Shown here piece after piece: positions 59,980 through 64,000 of a DNA stretch of 64,000 nucleotides. Position 1 is the stretch's first letter. Each line of letters begins with the position of its first letter. Made by a program: the position numbers and the translations under genes. This DNA is from Eubacteriales bacterium. GTDB taxonomy: Bacteria > Bacillota > Clostridia > Oscillospirales > CAG-272. Below the pieces are notes generated by a model that was given only the letters and a program-made list of their open reading frames with translations, did not search any database and was not told the DNA's origin. The DNA lies in assembly GCA_045657225.1 (NCBI GenBank), contig JAZOSR010000035.1, positions 20,953 through 84,952 on the forward strand, given 5' to 3'.

Positions 59980-60171
59980 ATGAGCAACAAACAAAAGAAG
60001 TCCAATCCCGCCACAAAAATTCTCGCAATTATCCTTGCCGTTTTGATGGTCGTCAGCATGGCGTTTTATACCATCTACATGATCGTTGAAAGCTTCAAAG
60101 GTACGGATGACGAAAACACAGAGAAGCAAACCGCACAAACCGAGATTGTTCCCTATTACGATTTTGCGTAA
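59980..60171 (+). CDS. hypothetical small membrane protein (63 aa)
   Basis: One TM (ILAIILAVLMVVSMAFYTIYMIV); SD GGAAGG upstream. Confidence 0.55.
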   Translation: MSNKQKKSNPATKILAIILAVLMVVSMAFYTIYMIVESFKGTDDENTEKQTAQTEIVPYYDFA

Positions 60172-60210
60172 AAAAAGAACGGACCGCTTTTAGCGGTCCG
60201 TTCTTTTTTT
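60171..60210. terminator. bidirectional Rho-independent terminator
   Basis: AAGAACGGACCGC-TTTTA-GCGGTCCGTTCTT flanked by A7 and T7. Confidence 0.85.
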
Positions 60211-60214
60211 GCTT

Positions 60215-61624
60215 TTAAATTTGTCTTGTAATTTTCTCCGAAAAAACAGAAGATCCCTTGGTAAGCGGGCCCTCTAAATGGCGTGCACGCCATTTTTCCT
60301 CAAATTCAATAATCTTTTTCGAAGGAAGCAAGGGGGCTTTTCTGCCGAAATAACGATCGGTGAAATCCTTGGTCTGTGCCACTTGAAGCTCAATGAGCGC
60401 GGCGGGCGCGTTATCCATTGCATAACTGCGCATGGCAATTCCCTCACCCTGGCAGACGCGCTGCAGCTCGTGGAAATAATATTTAAGAAGGAATTGTGCG
60501 TAAGAAACAAGACGCAAGCTACCGTACACACGGTAATGGCGATTTTTGCCCTCACCCGTTGCTTCAACGGCAACGCAATAACCGTTCTTTACCGCATCAA
60601 CGATCGCATCGTTTTCCTTTGCCTTTGCAAAGCAAATGTTGAAAAGATAATTGAAATAATTACCTTCAAGTGCATGCACGTCGCTTGAAGCAACAACCGA
60701 GATCTTCAGTCCATCGGCGCGAAGATCGCTCCAAAGCGCAATTGAACGGTTGTTGCCGTCCTGACCCATGCCGCCCATCAGCTCATAGGCATCAAACATA
60801 CCACTCTTCAGAAGAATCTTGGCAAATTCATCACGCACGTTGCGAATAGAAGAGCCGGCAGGACGCCAATAGGGATGCGCGAAGATGGCAAGACCGCCTG
60901 CTGCGTGAATTTTATCGGTTGCCCACATTGCTTTTTGGTATCTTTCGCGATACTGCGCAGGCACGCTTGCGGGTACCTTTTCAGCATAGGTCGCAAGCTC
61001 CCTTTCGTATTCGTCCTTATGATTATAATAAAGATCTGTAACGCTTGACTTACCGCCTACGTGAACGATATGCACGATACTGCCGGGGGTATGTACCTCC
61101 TCTCCAAGCACGCGCGTCACGCCAAGCTCGATGCCCTCATAGGTTTCGTCGATCTCGCCGCCCGGATAATAGCGGTTGTGGTCAGTGAGAGCAAAGAAAT
61201 CAAAGCCCTGCTCACGAAAATGCCCTGCCAGTGCCGCAGGATCGCGTTTGCCGTCAGAACGGTAGCTGTGCGTGTGAAGGTCGCCCTTCAGGGGCATACG
61301 CTCGTAAAGATCGCTTTCAAGCGCATACACGTGCATCGTTTCAAGCAGCTTTTCATCACGGTAAAGAAGCACAAGATATTCTTGCTCACCTTCAAAATTG
61401 AAAGAAAAGGTGAGATAACCGTTTTCGGCAACGGCACTCAGCTTTATCTTTCCCTCATCGGTATGATAATCGTTCGTGTCTCCGTCAACGGGAATAATAG
61501 TGAGGTTGTATACGCCGTCAAAGAGCAAAAATGCCTTTTCCGCGGGCGCAACCGTCATGGTCGTTTCTGTATTTGCTAAAACAACAGAGGGGTAAATAAC
61601 GTAACTTTTAGATGCGGGAAACAT
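60215..61624 (-). CDS. PHP-domain metal-dependent phosphoesterase family protein
   Basis: GDLHTHSYRSDG, ALTDHN, EVHTPG motifs of the PHP/CehA-like fold. Confidence 0.8.
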   Translation of the reverse strand: MFPASKSYVIYPSVVLANTETTMTVAPAEKAFLLFDGVYNLTIIPVDGDTNDYHTDEGKIKLSAVAENGYLTFSFNFEGEQEYLVLLYRDEKLLETMHVYALESDLYERMPLKGDLHTHSYRSDGKRDPAALAGHFREQGFDFFALTDHNRYYPGGEIDETYEGIELGVTRVLGEEVHTPGSIVHIVHVGGKSSVTDLYYNHKDEYERELATYAEKVPASVPAQYRERYQKAMWATDKIHAAGGLAIFAHPYWRPAGSSIRNVRDEFAKILLKSGMFDAYELMGGMGQDGNNRSIALWSDLRADGLKISVVASSDVHALEGNYFNYLFNICFAKAKENDAIVDAVKNGYCVAVEATGEGKNRHYRVYGSLRLVSYAQFLLKYYFHELQRVCQGEGIAMRSYAMDNAPAALIELQVAQTKDFTDRYFGRKAPLLPSKKIIEFEEKWRARHLEGPLTKGSSVFSEKITRQI

Positions 61625-61668
61625 ATCCTTACCTGCCTTTAAACTTTTGCCTGATTTATCATTGAAGC

Positions 61669-62757
61669 TTAATATTTCTTCTTGGTATCACAGTAAATGC
61701 AACGGCACACACGGTTTTCGGCGCTCACCACACGGAAGACCTGCTGCAGCTCCTGCTCGGTGGTCGTAATACAACGCGGGTTATCGCACTTAAGATCGTA
61801 TACAAACTCACCATTTTCCTGCTTTTCCGCAGCCTTTTCGCTGAGCTTACGGCCAAGAAGGCTGTAAATCAATGCCATACGCATGTATTTACCGTTTTGT
61901 ACCTGCTTGAAGTAGCAAGCGCGGGGGTCGTTGTCAACCGCTACGCTGATCTCGTTGACGCGAGGCAGCGGATGCAGCACGATCATATCCTTTTTAGCGG
62001 GTGCCAGCTTCTCGGGATTCAAAATATATGCGTCGCGCAGGCGCAGATATTCGTCAATATCGGTAAAGCGCTCCTGCTGTACGCGCGTCATATAGAGAAT
62101 GTCGAGCGTGGGCATGACTGCCTCAAGGTCGGTGGTTTCGGTGTAGGTGAAGCCGCGACCCTCGGGAATCTCGTTTTTGACGTAACCGGGGAGCTTCAGC
62201 TCATCGGGCGAGATCATCACAAAATTGATATTCTCGTAACGGCAAAGCGCAGCAATCAGCGAATGCACGGTTCTGCCAAACTTCAAATCGCCGCAAAAGC
62301 CGACGGTAAGACCCGTAAATCTTCCCTTTTCACGCTTAATGGTGAGAAGGTCGGCAAGCGTCTGCGTCGGGTGGTGGTGACCGCCGTCACCTGCATTAAT
62401 GACGGGAATGCCCGCATTTTGCGAAGCGACGAAGGGCGCGCCCTCCTTGGGGTGACGCATAGCAATAATATCCGCATAGCAGCTGATGACCTTTGCGGTA
62501 TCCGCCACACTCTCGCCCTTGCTGGCAGAGGTGCTGGAGGCAGAGGAAAAGCCAATCACATTGCCGCCAAGCTCATACATTGCCGCCTCAAAGGAAAGGC
62601 GGGTTCTGGTGGAAGGCTCAAAGAAAAGCGTTGCCAGCTTTTTACCGCGGCAAGCATCAGCATATTTCCCCGGATTTTCGATCATATCCTCGGCAGTTGC
62701 GAGAAGCTGGTCTACCTCCTCTACCGACAGATCCAAAATATCAACTATACTTTTCAT
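61669..62757 (-). CDS. pyrB: aspartate carbamoyltransferase catalytic chain fused to a PyrI-type zinc domain
   Basis: [18 protein letters not shown] motifs of PyrB; extra C-terminal ~55 aa [14 protein letters not shown]...[17 protein letters not shown] resembles the PyrI zinc domain. Start at MKSIVDIL (SD AGAGGA). Confidence 0.92.
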   Translation of the reverse strand: MKSIVDILDLSVEEVDQLLATAEDMIENPGKYADACRGKKLATLFFEPSTRTRLSFEAAMYELGGNVIGFSSASSTSASKGESVADTAKVISCYADIIAMRHPKEGAPFVASQNAGIPVINAGDGGHHHPTQTLADLLTIKREKGRFTGLTVGFCGDLKFGRTVHSLIAALCRYENINFVMISPDELKLPGYVKNEIPEGRGFTYTETTDLEAVMPTLDILYMTRVQQERFTDIDEYLRLRDAYILNPEKLAPAKKDMIVLHPLPRVNEISVAVDNDPRACYFKQVQNGKYMRMALIYSLLGRKLSEKAAEKQENGEFVYDLKCDNPRCITTTEQELQQVFRVVSAENRVCRCIYCDTKKKY

Positions 62758-62779
62758 TCTTATTTCCTCTTTTATATTA

Positions 62780-63436
62780 TTACGCTTTTGCACCGTTCAC
62801 GGCAAGATAGTTCTTGATACGCGTAACGTTTTCCTCGTTTTTGGGATCCTCTTCAAGATACTCGATAATATCGTATACGTCAACGATGGAATATACGGGG
62901 AAGCCGAACTGCTCCTCGATCTCCTGCATTGCGCCCTTCTCGCCTTGTCCCTTTTCCTTACGGTCTACCATAATAAAGGTAGCGGCAACCTTTGTGCCCT
63001 CAAGGTGGGAAAGGATCTCCATCGACTCGCGGATCGCCGTGCCTGCGGTGATCACGTCCTCGATAATAACGATCTCCTCGCCTGCCGTCGGTACGTAACC
63101 AACGAAAACGCCGCCCTCGCCGTGATCCTTCACTTCCTTACGGTTGAAGAAGAAAGGAACGTTAAGACCGTTTTTTGAAAGCGCGACAGCCGCGGAAACA
63201 GAAAGCGAAATGCCCTTGTAAGCAGGACCGTAAAGAACCGCCTTTTTAGCACCCAGCTTTTCAAAATATGCCTTGGCGTAAAATTCACCGAGCGTGGCAA
63301 TATCACTGCCCGTCTTGATCATACCGGCATTGATAAAATAAGGAATCTTTCTGCCGCTCTTTGCGGTAAAATCACCGAATTTCAGAACGCCTGCTCTTTC
63401 CAAAAACTGAATAAATTCTCTCTTATAAGCTTCCAT
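62780..63436 (-). CDS. pyrE: orotate phosphoribosyltransferase
   Basis: [23 protein letters not shown] loop [11 protein letters not shown]. Confidence 0.95.
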   Translation of the reverse strand: MEAYKREFIQFLERAGVLKFGDFTAKSGRKIPYFINAGMIKTGSDIATLGEFYAKAYFEKLGAKKAVLYGPAYKGISLSVSAAVALSKNGLNVPFFFNRKEVKDHGEGGVFVGYVPTAGEEIVIIEDVITAGTAIRESMEILSHLEGTKVAATFIMVDRKEKGQGEKGAMQEIEEQFGFPVYSIVDVYDIIEYLEEDPKNEENVTRIKNYLAVNGAKA

Positions 63437-63447
63437 TTTAAACTCCT

Positions 63448-64000
63448 TTAATCAACAAATTCACGAATGCAACGCTCGTAAGCGACAACGGGATCCTCCG
63501 CTGCGGTAATGGGTCTGCCCACCACGATATAATCCGAGCCGATTCTCTTTGCCTCGGCGGGGGTCATAACGCGCTTTTGGTCACCAATATCACCGTCAGC
63601 AAAGCGCACACCGGGCGTCACGGTCATAAACTGCTTGCCGCAGGTGTCGTGTACCTTACCTGCCTCAAGCGGAGAGCACACTACACCGTCAAGACCTGCC
63701 ACCATGGCGTTATGCGCGTAGTGCATGACGACCTTGTCGATGGGCTCCTTGATGAGCAGGTCGTTTTCCATGCGCTCCTGATCGGTAGAAGTCAGCTGCG
63801 TTACAGCAATCAGCATCGGGCGCGTGCCATCGGGGCGCGTAAGGCCCTCAAGTGCACCCTGCATCATGGTGATCGTGCCTGCGGCGTGCAGGTTCGTCAT
63901 ATCAACGTCAAGGCGAGAAAGCACTGCCATAGACTTTTTCACGGTGTTGGGAATGTCGTGAAGCTTAAGGTCAAGGAAGATCTTGTGACCGCGCTTTTTG
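63448..64000 (-). CDS. pyrF: orotidine 5'-phosphate decarboxylase (partial; N-terminus beyond window end)
   Basis: Frame stays open to the window edge: [20 protein letters not shown]... ([10 protein letters not shown] signature), then VVGRPIT. Confidence 0.9.
   Translation of the reverse strand, partial: KKRGHKIFLDLKLHDIPNTVKKSMAVLSRLDVDMTNLHAAGTITMMQGALEGLTRPDGTRPMLIAVTQLTSTDQERMENDLLIKEPIDKVVMHYAHNAMVAGLDGVVCSPLEAGKVHDTCGKQFMTVTPGVRFADGDIGDQKRVMTPAEAKRIGSDYIVVGRPITAAEDPVVAYERCIREFVD

Noticed and set aside
61897-62817. 306-aa plus-strand ORF (and 62486-63178)
   Set aside because: They are antisense to pyrB and pyrE, with no signals of their own.

Overview
This is a 64-kb chromosomal window from what looks like a spore-forming member of the Clostridia (about 50% GC by eye; spoIIID, a pdaA-like deacetylase, whiA and a DUF1540 gene are present). 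About 49 kb is ordinary, densely packed housekeeping DNA. It carries purA, a TrmH-family methyltransferase, spoIIID, and an apgM-like/lepB/rbgA/rnhB/yraN/thrC run. After the island come tig-clpP-clpX, two polysaccharide deacetylases, pcrA, secA, trmL-mnmA, a class A PBP, dnaE, whiA-murB, coaE, prfA, tsaC, a ParC/GyrA-like subunit and pyrB-pyrE-pyrF. I saw no rRNA, tRNA or CRISPR array.

The interesting part is a 14.8-kb accessory island (11799-26588). It is bounded by a 15-bp perfect direct repeat and sits 12 bp upstream of the tig promoter. Its contents are:
- an IS30-family DDE transposase at one end and a Rep_trans-type rolling-circle initiator at the other;
- a 721-aa polytopic-membrane P-loop NTPase preceded by translationally coupled micro-ORFs;
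- an AT-rich block of signal-peptide or membrane-anchored proteins;
- an RHH regulator embedded in GTAATAC iterons and palindromes;
- a frameshift-prone (CACAG)7 repeat inside a small ORF;
- two short promoter-to-terminator RNA candidates;
- two diverged copies of a type I toxin-antitoxin-like module (a 28-codon ORF plus a convergent consensus antisense promoter).

The island has no tyrosine or serine recombinase and no tailed-phage structural genes. I interpret it, as inference only, as an undescribed non-tailed (filamentous or pleomorphic) prophage-like element or a minimal transfer element mobilised by a DDE transposase.

Outside the island, three things stand out: a 56-aa micro-protein gene that is 86% Asn/Gln, lying between pcrA and the secA operon; a PyrB fused to the PyrI zinc domain; and a decayed orphan locus with a repeat-bearing AT-rich spacer at 3.3-4.8 kb.
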